Shown one piece after another: positions 52,700-62,396 of a DNA stretch of 64,000 bases (position 1 is the stretch's first letter; every line of letters starts with the position of its first letter). Origin of the DNA: Candidatus Brockarchaeota archaeon (lineage in GTDB: Archaea; Thermoproteota; EX4484-205; JAAOZP01); assembly GCA_017601345.1 (NCBI GenBank), contig JAFNIT010000003.1, forward strand, positions 4,994 to 68,993, read 5' to 3'. The translations under genes and the position numbers were made by a program. Below the pieces are notes generated by a model. It worked only from the letters and a program-made list of their open reading frames with translations, was not told the origin of the DNA and ran no database searches.

Positions 52700-55348
52700 C
52701 TAAGGCAATTCTATTCTAACTTCATAATTGACGTATGCGAAAGCACTCTCCTCTATGCTACCGATTTCAACACCTTCTGCAAAAAGTATTAGACCCGTTT
52801 CGATACTTTTCAAATCGCTTGGAAGCAGGGTTTCATCGAGCAGTGTTTGGTTTAAAAAAACCTGTAGAGAATTGTTCCAATATCTCAGGCTATACTTTCC
52901 CAGAGAGGCAGGGTAAAGCCTCTTAACCTCTCCATTCACTCTGATTGCAAGCGAGACGTTCGCGCTTAAAACTCTTGAAGCATTATCTACCTTAGCCTTG
53001 CCCTCCACCATGCGAAGAGTCCTAACATCTACAATCATTTGTACACCGGATACTAGTGGCATGTTGTAGAATCTAGAAGAGTTTCTCAATGCTACTCTTT
53101 CACTAGACCCCAGGGTCATAAACTCCTCCCCGTAGGAAAAGTTGTAATTCACCTTATATACTGATACGAAGCCGTTTGAAGGTGAGAGGAAAACCAGCTC
53201 GTAAAACGGAGTTGTTGAAAGCTTGATTTCTTCAGGGGGTGATTGAGGAAAAGTCCCCAAGTACTTCGGAACTATTTTCTGAGTTGCATCTAAGTAAGCG
53301 TTAACAAGCAGTCTCGTAAGGACAGAATCTGCCCTAGGCAAGTTTAAGTATGATGGTAAGTATTTTATCTGAGTATTATGCCATGTGAATAGTGTTGCAT
53401 TCTTCATTTTTCCAGAGAGAGTTACGTCAGCGTAACCACCTTTAGTATAATCTAGATCAGAAATCCAATCGTAGCTACCGTTTTCCGGCTTTAGGTTATA
53501 TCCTATGGCGGCCATCCATCTCCATTTAGCTTCATCGCCATAAACATTACCCCCCATTGCCCAGTACAACGGAAGGGTGTTGAATACAACTATGTACGAG
53601 ATATTGTATCTTTTTAAAAGGGGCACTGCGACGGTGTCGTTGGACATGAATATTCTACCGACTACAGCAACCTGTGTTGAGTTTATTGTGGCGTTATCGA
53701 TTAGAGTAGGCCTCTCGCCCACGGTTGTAATCCAATAACCATAGTCCCACCATGATAGGATTACTGAGCCCGGCGGGGTGTTATAGCGTATCCACATTAA
53801 TGCTTCAATCCAGTCTGGGAAGCTGTAGGGACTGGGGAGCGATGAGGTTGGCAGCGATGATGCTCCCTCCTGCTCCATGTGCGAAGGCAAGTCACTTCTG
53901 CTGAAACCATACACGCCTATGCCAGTGTTAATGCCGTGGAAACCCATGTAGAGGGCCAGGATTGCCGCGAGCACTATGCTCCAGAAACCAGTTCTTCGAG
54001 TCGAAGTGACCTTCCGGCCTACTTTAATACCCTCTAGAACCGCCGGGTAGGAGTAGTTGATTAAGGAGTAACATCCTAATGCTGCCATTAAGGATAGGAA
54101 GGGTGAGAAGACGAGCCCTATTCTAACCATCATATTTGCGAAATACAAGGAGCTTAAGCCTGCGGAGACCACGAATACTTTACTCACAATATCTCCGCCA
54201 AGAAAGCTTGACACCACTCCTACTGTAAAAAGCACTAGTAGAAGCCCATGGTCTAAGAAAAGATAGTACCACGTGCCCATCCTATGCTCTGCTACTGATT
54301 CGACTATTGGCTGTTCAAAACGTTCCGCGGGATTTATTATAGCCCTTAATTTCCCTACCAAGGATAGGAACAGGTTAGTGTTAAGGAGAAGCATCATTAC
54401 CGAAAGTAGTAGGGCTGCAAAACCTATGAGAACTGGCAGGGTCAGCGAGTGTTCTACTCGTTTTAGTAAGCTTGTTGCTAAAACAGCTATGAAGCCGGCG
54501 ATTACCGCAATGTAGTATATGGAGTACACTGCGCTACTTCCTGGTCTCGGAAGCTGGACTGCTATAAGAATGGATATTCCGATTGTAAGAGCGTATGCGA
54601 TTAAAAGCCTGTTAACTGTATCCCGGTCTGCAAACGGTGCAAGAAGAGTGGAGAACAGGGCGATAAGCCCGATTACGTATACGTACGCTGTCCATGTGAT
54701 ACAGAGATACCCTAGGATTATACCTGACAGTATCGAGTATGCAAAGACCCTACTAGTGTTCCTAGACCTGACTGACTTAAGGTAAAGGTATGAGGACAGT
54801 GCTATAAGGGGGATTCCAAGACATTCATGTTTGAAGAAGCCCAGGTGAGACCTATCGATAAAACTACCATTGGCAGCCAAGAACAGCATTGCCAATAAAC
54901 CAACCCAGTCATCGCCGGAGAGCTCTCTGCCAAAGAAGAACATCGTTATAACAGCCATGACGGAGATAAACGGTGGGAAAAGCACGGTGACATCCATTAG
55001 CGAGAGTGATACTCCAATAGCATTAAGGAAAGCGTGGAGAGCTACTGCTGCAAGCGGTAGGCCTATGGGAGTTGATGCTGCAGCATTCCTGCCATACGGG
55101 TACCAACTCATGTAATCAACCCATTCCAAGAACGCAAGTAAGCCGTTGTTCATTATGTATTCTGCACTCCGATAATGCCACCATGGGTCGAATTCCCCAA
55201 GGTAGTATCCAAGCGTGAGGTTGTTAAGCCTAACTGATATGGATATTAGTATAATGGTTATGAAGAGCGATGTCTTAACGTATGTCTGAGCGTTAATACT
55301 CGGTAATAGTCCTGAAGCCCGTCTAACTATTTCCCTAGCTTTTATCAT
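52700..55348 (-). CDS. aglB: dolichyl-phosphooligosaccharide-protein glycosyltransferase AglB (STT3 family)
   Basis: 882 aa. Thirteen-TM-type N-terminal half, the WWDYG motif (SWWDYGYWITT) and a large C-terminal soluble domain. Confidence 0.9.
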   Translation of the reverse strand: MIKAREIVRRASGLLPSINAQTYVKTSLFITIILISISVRLNNLTLGYYLGEFDPWWHYRSAEYIMNNGLLAFLEWVDYMSWYPYGRNAAASTPIGLPLAAVALHAFLNAIGVSLSLMDVTVLFPPFISVMAVITMFFFGRELSGDDWVGLLAMLFLAANGSFIDRSHLGFFKHECLGIPLIALSSYLYLKSVRSRNTSRVFAYSILSGIILGYLCITWTAYVYVIGLIALFSTLLAPFADRDTVNRLLIAYALTIGISILIAVQLPRPGSSAVYSIYYIAVIAGFIAVLATSLLKRVEHSLTLPVLIGFAALLLSVMMLLLNTNLFLSLVGKLRAIINPAERFEQPIVESVAEHRMGTWYYLFLDHGLLLVLFTVGVVSSFLGGDIVSKVFVVSAGLSSLYFANMMVRIGLVFSPFLSLMAALGCYSLINYSYPAVLEGIKVGRKVTSTRRTGFWSIVLAAILALYMGFHGINTGIGVYGFSRSDLPSHMEQEGASSLPTSSLPSPYSFPDWIEALMWIRYNTPPGSVILSWWDYGYWITTVGERPTLIDNATINSTQVAVVGRIFMSNDTVAVPLLKRYNISYIVVFNTLPLYWAMGGNVYGDEAKWRWMAAIGYNLKPENGSYDWISDLDYTKGGYADVTLSGKMKNATLFTWHNTQIKYLPSYLNLPRADSVLTRLLVNAYLDATQKIVPKYLGTFPQSPPEEIKLSTTPFYELVFLSPSNGFVSVYKVNYNFSYGEEFMTLGSSERVALRNSSRFYNMPLVSGVQMIVDVRTLRMVEGKAKVDNASRVLSANVSLAIRVNGEVKRLYPASLGKYSLRYWNNSLQVFLNQTLLDETLLPSDLKSIETGLILFAEGVEIGSIEESAFAYVNYEVRIELP

Positions 55349-55465
55349 CTTCCTTTTCGTCTACCTTTTCTCCTGGTTTCTAAAGGGAGGTATAAAAATG
55401 TATTTTCTCGAAGGATAATGAACGTTTAAAAGCAATTCGAATAGGGCTTCTATGGAATTAGGCTC

Positions 55466-57544
55466 TTGCCCAAATATCTAATAATCGCTGAAAAGCCTGA
55501 GGCTGCGAAAAGAATCTCTGAAGCACTAGACTCTAAAGCGAAGCCTAGAAAAATAGGGAGGGTTGTGCCATCCTTCATCGTTAAGAATGGGGATTGCGAG
55601 ATAATCGTTACAACAGCCTTAGGACACTTGTATGAGCTTACTACAACTAATGAGGATAGGACTGTCTATCCTGTTCTTGACTACAAGTGGGTTCCGAAAC
55701 ATCTTATTGAAAGGGATAAGAGGCTTGAGAAATGGCTTGAAGAAATGAGGAAGATAGGTAGCGGCGTGGATTATTACGTTAACGCCTGCGACTATGACAT
55801 AGAGGGAAGCCTAATAGGATACAATGTTCTAAGATTCCTATACGGGGTCTCCGACTACGGGAGGGTTTTCAGAATGAAGCTTTCAACACTAACCAAGCGG
55901 GAGATACAGGATGCTTTTCGAAGGATGAAGCCCGGTCTCGACATGGGGCTTGTTAAAGCGGGTGAAACACGTCACATCATAGACTTCCTTTACGGTATAA
56001 ACCTCTCCAGAGCATTAACCAGGTCGGTGTCGCGCTTTCTCAGAACGCCTTACGTGCTAAGCGTCGGCAGGGTTCAAACACCGACTTTAAACATTCTCGT
56101 GGAGAGGGAAATAGCCATAGAGACGTTCATCCCAACACCGTACTGGGTTCTACGGGCAGAAATAGTCATTAAAGGTAAAACTTATGAAGCGATTTACGAG
56201 GGCCATAGGATCCAGAGCCTTCCTGAAGCCAAGAGGCTGGTGGAAGAGGCTAGCTCAAAACAGGCTGTTGTTGAAAAGGTTGAGAGACGTTTCGAGAAGA
56301 TAAGTGCTCCAGAACCCTTTGACCTCACCACTCTTCAGAAAGAAGCGTACGGCGCCTTCGGGTTCACGCCCTCTAGAACGCTCAGCATAGCTGAAACACT
56401 CTACCTTAATGCCTTGATATCATACCCAAGGACGTCTTCTCAAAAACTCCCCCCAGACATAGGGTATGGAGAGATACTTGAAAAGCTTTCTGAGAACAAT
56501 GCTTATGCAAAAGCTGTTGAAAAAATACTTTCCAAAGGATCATTAGAGCCCAAACAGGGAGAGAAGGATGATCCTGCACACCCAGCCATCTACCCTACTG
56601 GAGAGAGAAAAGAAGGGCTGAATAGCGAACAGCTTAAACTACTGGACTTGATAACTAGGCGTTTCCTAGCTGCTTTCGAAGAAGGCGCGGAGAAGGCTGT
56701 TTGCAAAAATGTTTTAAGAATCGGAGGCGTGAGATTCGTTTTAAAAGGCAGCGAGATACTTAAGAAGGGGTGGTTGGACGTCTATTCTCCTTACTATGCT
56801 CCTGAGGAAAAAACAATCCCGTCGCTAAAAGAGGGGGAGACTCTGGTTGTTGAAAAAGTGGTTTTAGAAGAGAAGTTCACTAACCCGCCTCATCGCTATA
56901 ACCCGGCTTCCCTCGTCAGGGAGATGGAGAGGCTTGGAATAGGAACTAAGGCAACTAGAGCAGAGATAGTGGAAACGCTTTATAAGAGGAGGTATATAGC
57001 TGGCAAATCCATTGCAGTAACCGAGCTGGGTTTCAGCCTAGTTTCTACGCTGAACAAGTTCTCCCCTAAAATTCTCTCGGTTGAAATGACTAGGGAAGTC
57101 GAATCCGATATGGATAGAATAGAGAGAGGTCTTCTTGAAGAAGAGATTGTTGTAGACACGGCAAAGAAAGATCTGGTAGAAATACTTAGGGAAGTAGGCG
57201 GCAAGGAGGAGGATGTGGGAAAACATCTTTCAAGCTCAGTAATCATAATACTTAGGGATAAAAACATAATTGGGAGGTGCCCCGTATGCGGGAATGGTGA
57301 ACTTAAGATTATTGTCTCAAAGAAAAGCGGTAAGAGATTTGGAATATGCACAAATGTTTTCGAAGGAAAATGCAAGCTTACGATACCTTTGCCGCAAAGC
57401 CCCAATAAGGTTTATGTCACTGAGAGAATATGCAGCTCATGCAAATGGCCCGTTGTTAAAGTAGTTACTAGGAAAAGACCCTGGTTCCTATGTGTTAATC
57501 CTTCATGCCCCGGGAAGACAAATCGTTTAGGAAAATCTGCATAA
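55466..57544 (+). CDS. topA: type IA DNA topoisomerase (archaeal Topo I/III)
   Basis: 692 aa. Toprim YLIIAEKPEAAKRI...CDYDIEGS, catalytic region LISYPRTSSQKL, C-terminal zinc ribbons CPVCGNG...C / CSSC...CVNPSC. Confidence 0.9.
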   Translation: MPKYLIIAEKPEAAKRISEALDSKAKPRKIGRVVPSFIVKNGDCEIIVTTALGHLYELTTTNEDRTVYPVLDYKWVPKHLIERDKRLEKWLEEMRKIGSGVDYYVNACDYDIEGSLIGYNVLRFLYGVSDYGRVFRMKLSTLTKREIQDAFRRMKPGLDMGLVKAGETRHIIDFLYGINLSRALTRSVSRFLRTPYVLSVGRVQTPTLNILVEREIAIETFIPTPYWVLRAEIVIKGKTYEAIYEGHRIQSLPEAKRLVEEASSKQAVVEKVERRFEKISAPEPFDLTTLQKEAYGAFGFTPSRTLSIAETLYLNALISYPRTSSQKLPPDIGYGEILEKLSENNAYAKAVEKILSKGSLEPKQGEKDDPAHPAIYPTGERKEGLNSEQLKLLDLITRRFLAAFEEGAEKAVCKNVLRIGGVRFVLKGSEILKKGWLDVYSPYYAPEEKTIPSLKEGETLVVEKVVLEEKFTNPPHRYNPASLVREMERLGIGTKATRAEIVETLYKRRYIAGKSIAVTELGFSLVSTLNKFSPKILSVEMTREVESDMDRIERGLLEEEIVVDTAKKDLVEILREVGGKEEDVGKHLSSSVIIILRDKNIIGRCPVCGNGELKIIVSKKSGKRFGICTNVFEGKCKLTIPLPQSPNKVYVTERICSSCKWPVVKVVTRKRPWFLCVNPSCPGKTNRLGKSA

Positions 57545-57782
57545 GATCTTCGTGGGAAAGAACTGCTCCCGCAACTTCCCTAACCCATCTTCCGGAGTAT
57601 TCATTGTCCCTCACCCTTTCTAAGAACTCCTTCGGAGACAAGTCTCCATAAGCGTTCCTCCAGTCAACGTATCCTACAATGAGGTTTTCATAAGCTCTTA
57701 CATGAAGACTGCAGAAAGGAATTTTCGAAGACTCCTCTGTAACCCTGTTACAGGCGACGCACCTTTTGCACGAAGGCCTCAT
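57495..57782 (-). CDS. hypothetical Cys-rich small protein
   Basis: The plausible product begins at the ATG at 57782: MRPSCKRCVACNRVTEESSKIPFCSLHVRAYENL... (95 aa). The upstream part of the track ORF is low complexity. Its 3' end overlaps topA by 50 nt, convergently. Confidence 0.35.
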   Translation of the reverse strand: MRPSCKRCVACNRVTEESSKIPFCSLHVRAYENLIVGYVDWRNAYGDLSPKEFLERVRDNEYSGRWVREVAGAVLSHEDLMQIFLNDLSSRGMKD

Positions 57783-57822
57783 GGCTAAACACCTTATCTG
57801 AGGTTTTAAAACGTTAGGGGAA

Positions 57823-58293
57823 ATGCTTAAATCAGGATTCTTTAAGCAATATGGATTAATGAACCCTCTACTGCTTCCCGAGTACTTGATGAAGAAAATA
57901 AGAGAATGGGGTGAGAAAAAGGGTTTATTGCGTGAGGAAGAGTTATGGAATATCGTCACAATAGCAGGAATATCCGTCGCCTTAGGCATCTTCCTTTCAG
58001 GAGCACCTTACGTAATAACTTATTTCGGAGAAGTGCAAAGGTACGACAGGTTGCTGTCGGCAGGCGTCTTCTTCATACCCAGGGCAGATCCGCTTTTACA
58101 GACGAGTTATGAAATGATATATGTTTTAATTTCTTATATTTTTTCAAGCATAGGCATATTCGTCTTAGTTAAGGGTTCGAAATCCATTTCTTACAGAAAC
58201 ACTCTTATCCTGACCGGGATAGCCCTTTTAGCAATATCCATGCTACTAATACTTGGGCTGGATTACCTTAAGATAAATGTTAGGCTCTCTTAA
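57823..58293 (+). CDS. hypothetical membrane protein
   Basis: 156 aa with three to four hydrophobic helices. An internal ATG (MKKIREWGEKKG) may be the real start. Confidence 0.4.
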   Translation: MLKSGFFKQYGLMNPLLLPEYLMKKIREWGEKKGLLREEELWNIVTIAGISVALGIFLSGAPYVITYFGEVQRYDRLLSAGVFFIPRADPLLQTSYEMIYVLISYIFSSIGIFVLVKGSKSISYRNTLILTGIALLAISMLLILGLDYLKINVRLS

Positions 58294-58297
58294 AAAT

Positions 58298-58789
58298 TTA
58301 CCAGGGTACTTTCTTTATACTGAGCAGAAAGGCTATGGTGTTTGAAACAAGATGAACAAGGGGAGTTAGCGCCATAACTATTATGATGGAACGAGGGTCT
58401 AGATGCATCCAAGACTGTGAGAGAATTGCTGCTCCAAGCATGAAGTCGAATTGGTCTAAGACCGGTGCCGGATCTCCTGGTCTTATGGAGAGCCTCCTCT
58501 TGACGAAGGCGCCTGCCAAGTCTCCAAGTAATGCGCCAAGGCTTATAAGAAACGAAAGAAGTGGAAGAGTACCGGTTAAAACTCCTGCAACAAATCCTGT
58601 GACCATTCCTAAGAAGAACCCCCTGAAGGTTTTTCCGCTTCCGAAAACAGGCTTACCGTCTATGAAGTTTTTCCCCAAGTCTATTTGTTTCTTGCCTTTG
58701 AATACTAGGGCGAAGGCGTTAGCAAAGTAGGCAGGGATAAAGAAAAGAACCCCTCTTACTCCTAGTTCAAAAACTTCTTGAACAATCAT
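58298..58789 (-). CDS. carS: CDP-archaeol synthase (CDP-2,3-bis-O-geranylgeranyl-sn-glycerol synthase)
   Basis: 163 aa membrane protein. PAYFANAFALVFKGKKQIDLGKNFIDGKPVFGSGKTFRGFF...GDLAGAFVKRR is the DUF46/CarS pattern. Confidence 0.85.
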   Translation of the reverse strand: MIVQEVFELGVRGVLFFIPAYFANAFALVFKGKKQIDLGKNFIDGKPVFGSGKTFRGFFLGMVTGFVAGVLTGTLPLLSFLISLGALLGDLAGAFVKRRLSIRPGDPAPVLDQFDFMLGAAILSQSWMHLDPRSIIIVMALTPLVHLVSNTIAFLLSIKKVPW

Positions 58790-59441
58790 CCTTATTACAA
58801 AACCCTATTCTGTCCAGCTCTTTAATATTTCCTTCCCAAGGTATGCATAGATTAAATTCTTCCCCGTTTTTAGTCACGAGTCTACCCAACAGCCTACTCC
58901 CATCACACCTACGCAGCTCCAGGAAGTAGTCAACCCAGTAGAGGAAGATCCTTCTAGCAGGGATGTTTTCCTCGCCTTCAAGTCCACCACCTGAACTGAT
59001 GAGGACTCCAGTACACCTATACTCTTTTGAAAGAAACGAGAAGAATGCAAGGATCTTGTTCAATAAATAGAGGATGTTAGAGTGCGAGGAAGAGTCGTGA
59101 AGAGATATTTCGCGGAGATAAGCATTCGGTAGCGAGCCTACTATGATAAGCTTGAAAACCCCCTTGTCAAGCAGCATTTTTTCCGACTGCTCCAGAGCCT
59201 TATCCAGCTGGACTAAGTTTTCAAACCTGGAGACCATGATTTTGGACAATGCCTCGCTACCCAAGTGACCAGCTTCTTTAACAAGAGTCCTCGTGTTAAA
59301 ATCGTCAAGAAATAGAAGTACCTTGCCTTCGCTCATCCTAATAAGGCTGATAATGAAGGGGAATACTCTGTAATAATCCCCGTGGATTAGGACTGTTCTA
59401 TCGCTTAGATTTATAGTTGTTCTCCCGAGGGGTTTTTCCAA
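58767..59441 (-). CDS. hypothetical protein (layout faintly RecA/KaiC-like, no P-loop)
   Basis: 224 aa. TVLIHGDYYRVFPFIISLI...KVLLFLDDF...LIIVGSLPNAYL...TGVLISSGG. No Walker A motif. Overlaps the carS start by 23 nt. Confidence 0.4.
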   Translation of the reverse strand: MEKPLGRTTINLSDRTVLIHGDYYRVFPFIISLIRMSEGKVLLFLDDFNTRTLVKEAGHLGSEALSKIMVSRFENLVQLDKALEQSEKMLLDKGVFKLIIVGSLPNAYLREISLHDSSSHSNILYLLNKILAFFSFLSKEYRCTGVLISSGGGLEGEENIPARRIFLYWVDYFLELRRCDGSRLLGRLVTKNGEEFNLCIPWEGNIKELDRIGFCNKDDCSRSF

Positions 59442-59537
59442 TTCTTTTACTTGGATAAGCTGTTTCTCAACGTATTAAACTCTTTGCTAGGAACTTAGGA
59501 AAACACCTTTTAATCACAAATATGGGAATAAGACTTA

Positions 59538-60839
59538 ATGGTAAGGATAAGGGAATACGTGAGTAAGCTGGGAGAAGAGGTTAGCCTCGACTCCGGCAAG
59601 CACTCTGAAAGCAGTATCCCCAGGATGATAGGCGAGAAGGATCCTAGGACAATCTTGTTTGAGAAGCCGGTTGAGGGAAAAGATCCGTTGATAGCAAACC
59701 TCTACTCAACTCGAGAAAAGGTGGAGAGGCTGATGGAGATTGGGGAAGGACGTTTGTTCGAACAGATGATTAGAGCTAAGCGAAACCTGGTTAAGCCGGT
59801 GGAGAAATCCGGCGGCTGGATGGAGAATGTTTCAGAGCCGGATAGGATTTCGAAAATTCCTTTGTTGAAATATTATGAAGAAGATGCTGGAGAATATATT
59901 ACGAGTTCAATAATCGTTGCAAGGGATCCTGAGAACGGGTTTGTTAACATGTCGGTGCACAGGCTTCTACATCTGGGTTCTAACAGGTTTGTGGTCAGAA
60001 TGGTTGAGGGGAGGCACTTGCACCAAATATTCATGAAGCATAAGGCTGCTCGCAAAGATTTGAAGGTGGCTGTTTTAATAGGTACTCCCGCACACATAAT
60101 CCTATCGGCTTCAACACAGTTGCCGAAGGAAGTTTCAGAGATAGAGTATGCTGGAGCATTGAGCGGTAAGCCTCTTCAAGTCTCCTACTTCGATGGTTGC
60201 GACCTTCCAGTGCCGCTGGAGGCGGAGTATGTTTTTGAAGGAAGTATTAGCACGGATCTTACTGCCAGCGAGTGGATGACTGATATACTCTGCCTACCGG
60301 ATAAGCCTAGGGACCAGCCTGTAATGGAGGTGAAGAAAGTGTATTGCAGCGACAACCCTATTTACCACGCGATTCTCCCCGGAGGGCTTGAGCATAAGTT
60401 TCTCATGGGCTATCCAGCTGAGGTTAAGATAAGGGAGAGGTTGGTTGAAAACGATGTTAATGTTAGAGACATCTGGCTTTCAAGCGGCTCAGGAGGATGG
60501 CTCCACTGCTTCGTAAGCATCTCTAAGAAGAATGATGAGGAACCCCGTAAGGTAATAAGTCTCGTAATGGAGGCGCATCCGTCGGTAAAAGGAGTGGTTG
60601 TAGTAGATGATGACATCAACCCTAGGAATTATGGGGATGTTGATTTCGCCCTCGCGACAAGGTTCCAAGATAAGGCAAAGTTTTGCTTTTTCGAGAAAAT
60701 GCGCGGGTCCTCCCTGGATCCTTCTAGTGACCAAGAGAAGCTGCTTACCTCCAAATGGGGGCTGGACCTGACTCTGCCCGTTGGAACCGATAAGAAACGC
60801 TTTCTCAGGAGCAGGATAAAGCTTGAAAACAAGCCTTAA
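59538..60839 (+). CDS. UbiD-family decarboxylase (candidate trans-anhydromevalonate-5-phosphate decarboxylase)
   Basis: 433 aa with UbiD-like sequence throughout (ENGFVNMSVHRLL..., VVVVDDDINPRN...). It is followed directly by the two aconitase-X subunit genes. Confidence 0.8.
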   Translation: MVRIREYVSKLGEEVSLDSGKHSESSIPRMIGEKDPRTILFEKPVEGKDPLIANLYSTREKVERLMEIGEGRLFEQMIRAKRNLVKPVEKSGGWMENVSEPDRISKIPLLKYYEEDAGEYITSSIIVARDPENGFVNMSVHRLLHLGSNRFVVRMVEGRHLHQIFMKHKAARKDLKVAVLIGTPAHIILSASTQLPKEVSEIEYAGALSGKPLQVSYFDGCDLPVPLEAEYVFEGSISTDLTASEWMTDILCLPDKPRDQPVMEVKKVYCSDNPIYHAILPGGLEHKFLMGYPAEVKIRERLVENDVNVRDIWLSSGSGGWLHCFVSISKKNDEEPRKVISLVMEAHPSVKGVVVVDDDINPRNYGDVDFALATRFQDKAKFCFFEKMRGSSLDPSSDQEKLLTSKWGLDLTLPVGTDKKRFLRSRIKLENKP

Positions 60840-61980
60840 CGAAAAAGTGTTCAAAAAGATACTTTCTTCTCTTCAGACCGGTAAAAAGGAATACATCAGG
60901 ATATCTAGTGCGCATCTATCTGGGATATCCTATCTAAACATTGGCGATGCGGGGCTGGAGTTCTTAGAGGACCTTAGCAAGTCTGGGCTCAGGTTTAGAG
61001 TGAAAACTACTATAAACCCTGGGTGCGTGGATTTCGACTCGCCGACTGAATGCGAAACCGAGGTTTTTGAGAAGCAGAAGAAGATAGTTAATAGTCTTAA
61101 AACCATGGGGGCTATTGAATCGCTAACCTGCACGCCGTATTTGCTCGACAATATCGTGAAAAAAGGTCAGAGAATAGCTTGGGCAGAAAGCTCTGCAGTC
61201 CTATATGCAAACTCTATCATAGGGGCTCATACTAATAAAGAGGGAAGCCTGACTGCCCTAGCCTCAGCCATACTGGGCTACACCGCTAGGAGCGGAATAC
61301 ATCTTAGAAAAGGCAGAAGGCCCGAGATATTTTTCGAGTATCAAGGAGAGCTTAATGACGAGCTTGATTACGGTCTACTGGGTTATGCAATTGGTCTTAA
61401 GGCTGAGGCTAAAACACCCTACCTGCGTCTAACGAATACCCACGACCTGCATCTGACATACCTTAAACAGCTCTTGGCAAGCTTTGGGACTAGTGGTAGC
61501 GCCCCCCTCGTCTGGATAGAAGGGGTTACACCAGGATTCTCTAAAGTCAGAAAACCTGGTAGGAAAATAGTCTTAGACAGGCATGAATTAGAAAAGGTTA
61601 GAAAAATGCTGTCTGAAGAATTACCATCGAATTCAAGTGAGAAACCAGTTTTCGTAACTGGTTGCCCACATTACTCCCTTGAAGAAATAGAAAACCTGAG
61701 CAGGATCTTGAATAATGTGAAGAAGCTCTCTGTTGAAGCGTGGGTATTTACTTCGAGATCAGTCTATTCGGAGGCTCTTCGAAAAAGATTACTGAGAGGT
61801 CTCTATGAGAGAAATGTTAAATTATTCAAGGATTCTTGCGTCATGTATTGTGGTCTGAAGAGAAGAAACGCTTACGTTATCACCAACTCCGTTAAAGCCG
61901 CATATTATCTCAGGAACAGCTTTAGGCTGAGAACTGCCTTAAAATCATTCGCCGAGTTTGTCAATACTTACGGAGTCTGA
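60823..61980 (+). CDS. aconitase X catalytic subunit (DUF521); candidate phosphomevalonate dehydratase large subunit
   Basis: 385 aa with DUF521-like sequence (ISSAHLSGISY..., TCTPYLL, WAESSAVLYANSIIGAHTN). Overlaps the UbiD gene end. Confidence 0.8.
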   Translation: MKTSLNEKVFKKILSSLQTGKKEYIRISSAHLSGISYLNIGDAGLEFLEDLSKSGLRFRVKTTINPGCVDFDSPTECETEVFEKQKKIVNSLKTMGAIESLTCTPYLLDNIVKKGQRIAWAESSAVLYANSIIGAHTNKEGSLTALASAILGYTARSGIHLRKGRRPEIFFEYQGELNDELDYGLLGYAIGLKAEAKTPYLRLTNTHDLHLTYLKQLLASFGTSGSAPLVWIEGVTPGFSKVRKPGRKIVLDRHELEKVRKMLSEELPSNSSEKPVFVTGCPHYSLEEIENLSRILNNVKKLSVEAWVFTSRSVYSEALRKRLLRGLYERNVKLFKDSCVMYCGLKRRNAYVITNSVKAAYYLRNSFRLRTALKSFAEFVNTYGV

Positions 61981-61985
61981 CGATA

Positions 61986-62396
61986 ATGTTTCTAAAGATC
62001 AAAGTTGTTAACGAGGGCGTTGCCAAGGGACCTCTGTTAATAAGCTTACAGCCCATATCCTTCTTTGGAGGAGTCGACCCTGAAACCGGTATCGTCGTTG
62101 AGAAAAATCATCCTCTCGAGGGGAGGAGCATTTCAAACAGAATACTTGCACTGCCATCTGGAAAAGGTAGCACTGTGGGATCCTACGTTGTATATGCTCT
62201 TGCTAAAAAGGGGGTGGCTCCTTCAGGCATAATCGTAGGGAGAGTAGACAGCATAATTTCCGCAGGAGCAATACTAGGGGGAATACCGCTAGCAATTGCA
62301 GATATGAAAAGGCTTTGCTCATACTTCGAAGACGGTGAGATAGTTGTCTTGGATGCGAGAAGAGGGAGACTTTACAGAGAAACCTTAAAGGAGTAA
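61986..62396 (+). CDS. aconitase X swivel-domain subunit (DUF126); candidate phosphomevalonate dehydratase small subunit
   Basis: 136 aa. GVAKGPLLISLQPISFFGGVDPETGIVVEKNHPLEGRSISNRILALPSGKGSTVGSYVVYALAKKGVAPSGII is the DUF126 signature. Confidence 0.85.
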   Translation: MFLKIKVVNEGVAKGPLLISLQPISFFGGVDPETGIVVEKNHPLEGRSISNRILALPSGKGSTVGSYVVYALAKKGVAPSGIIVGRVDSIISAGAILGGIPLAIADMKRLCSYFEDGEIVVLDARRGRLYRETLKE

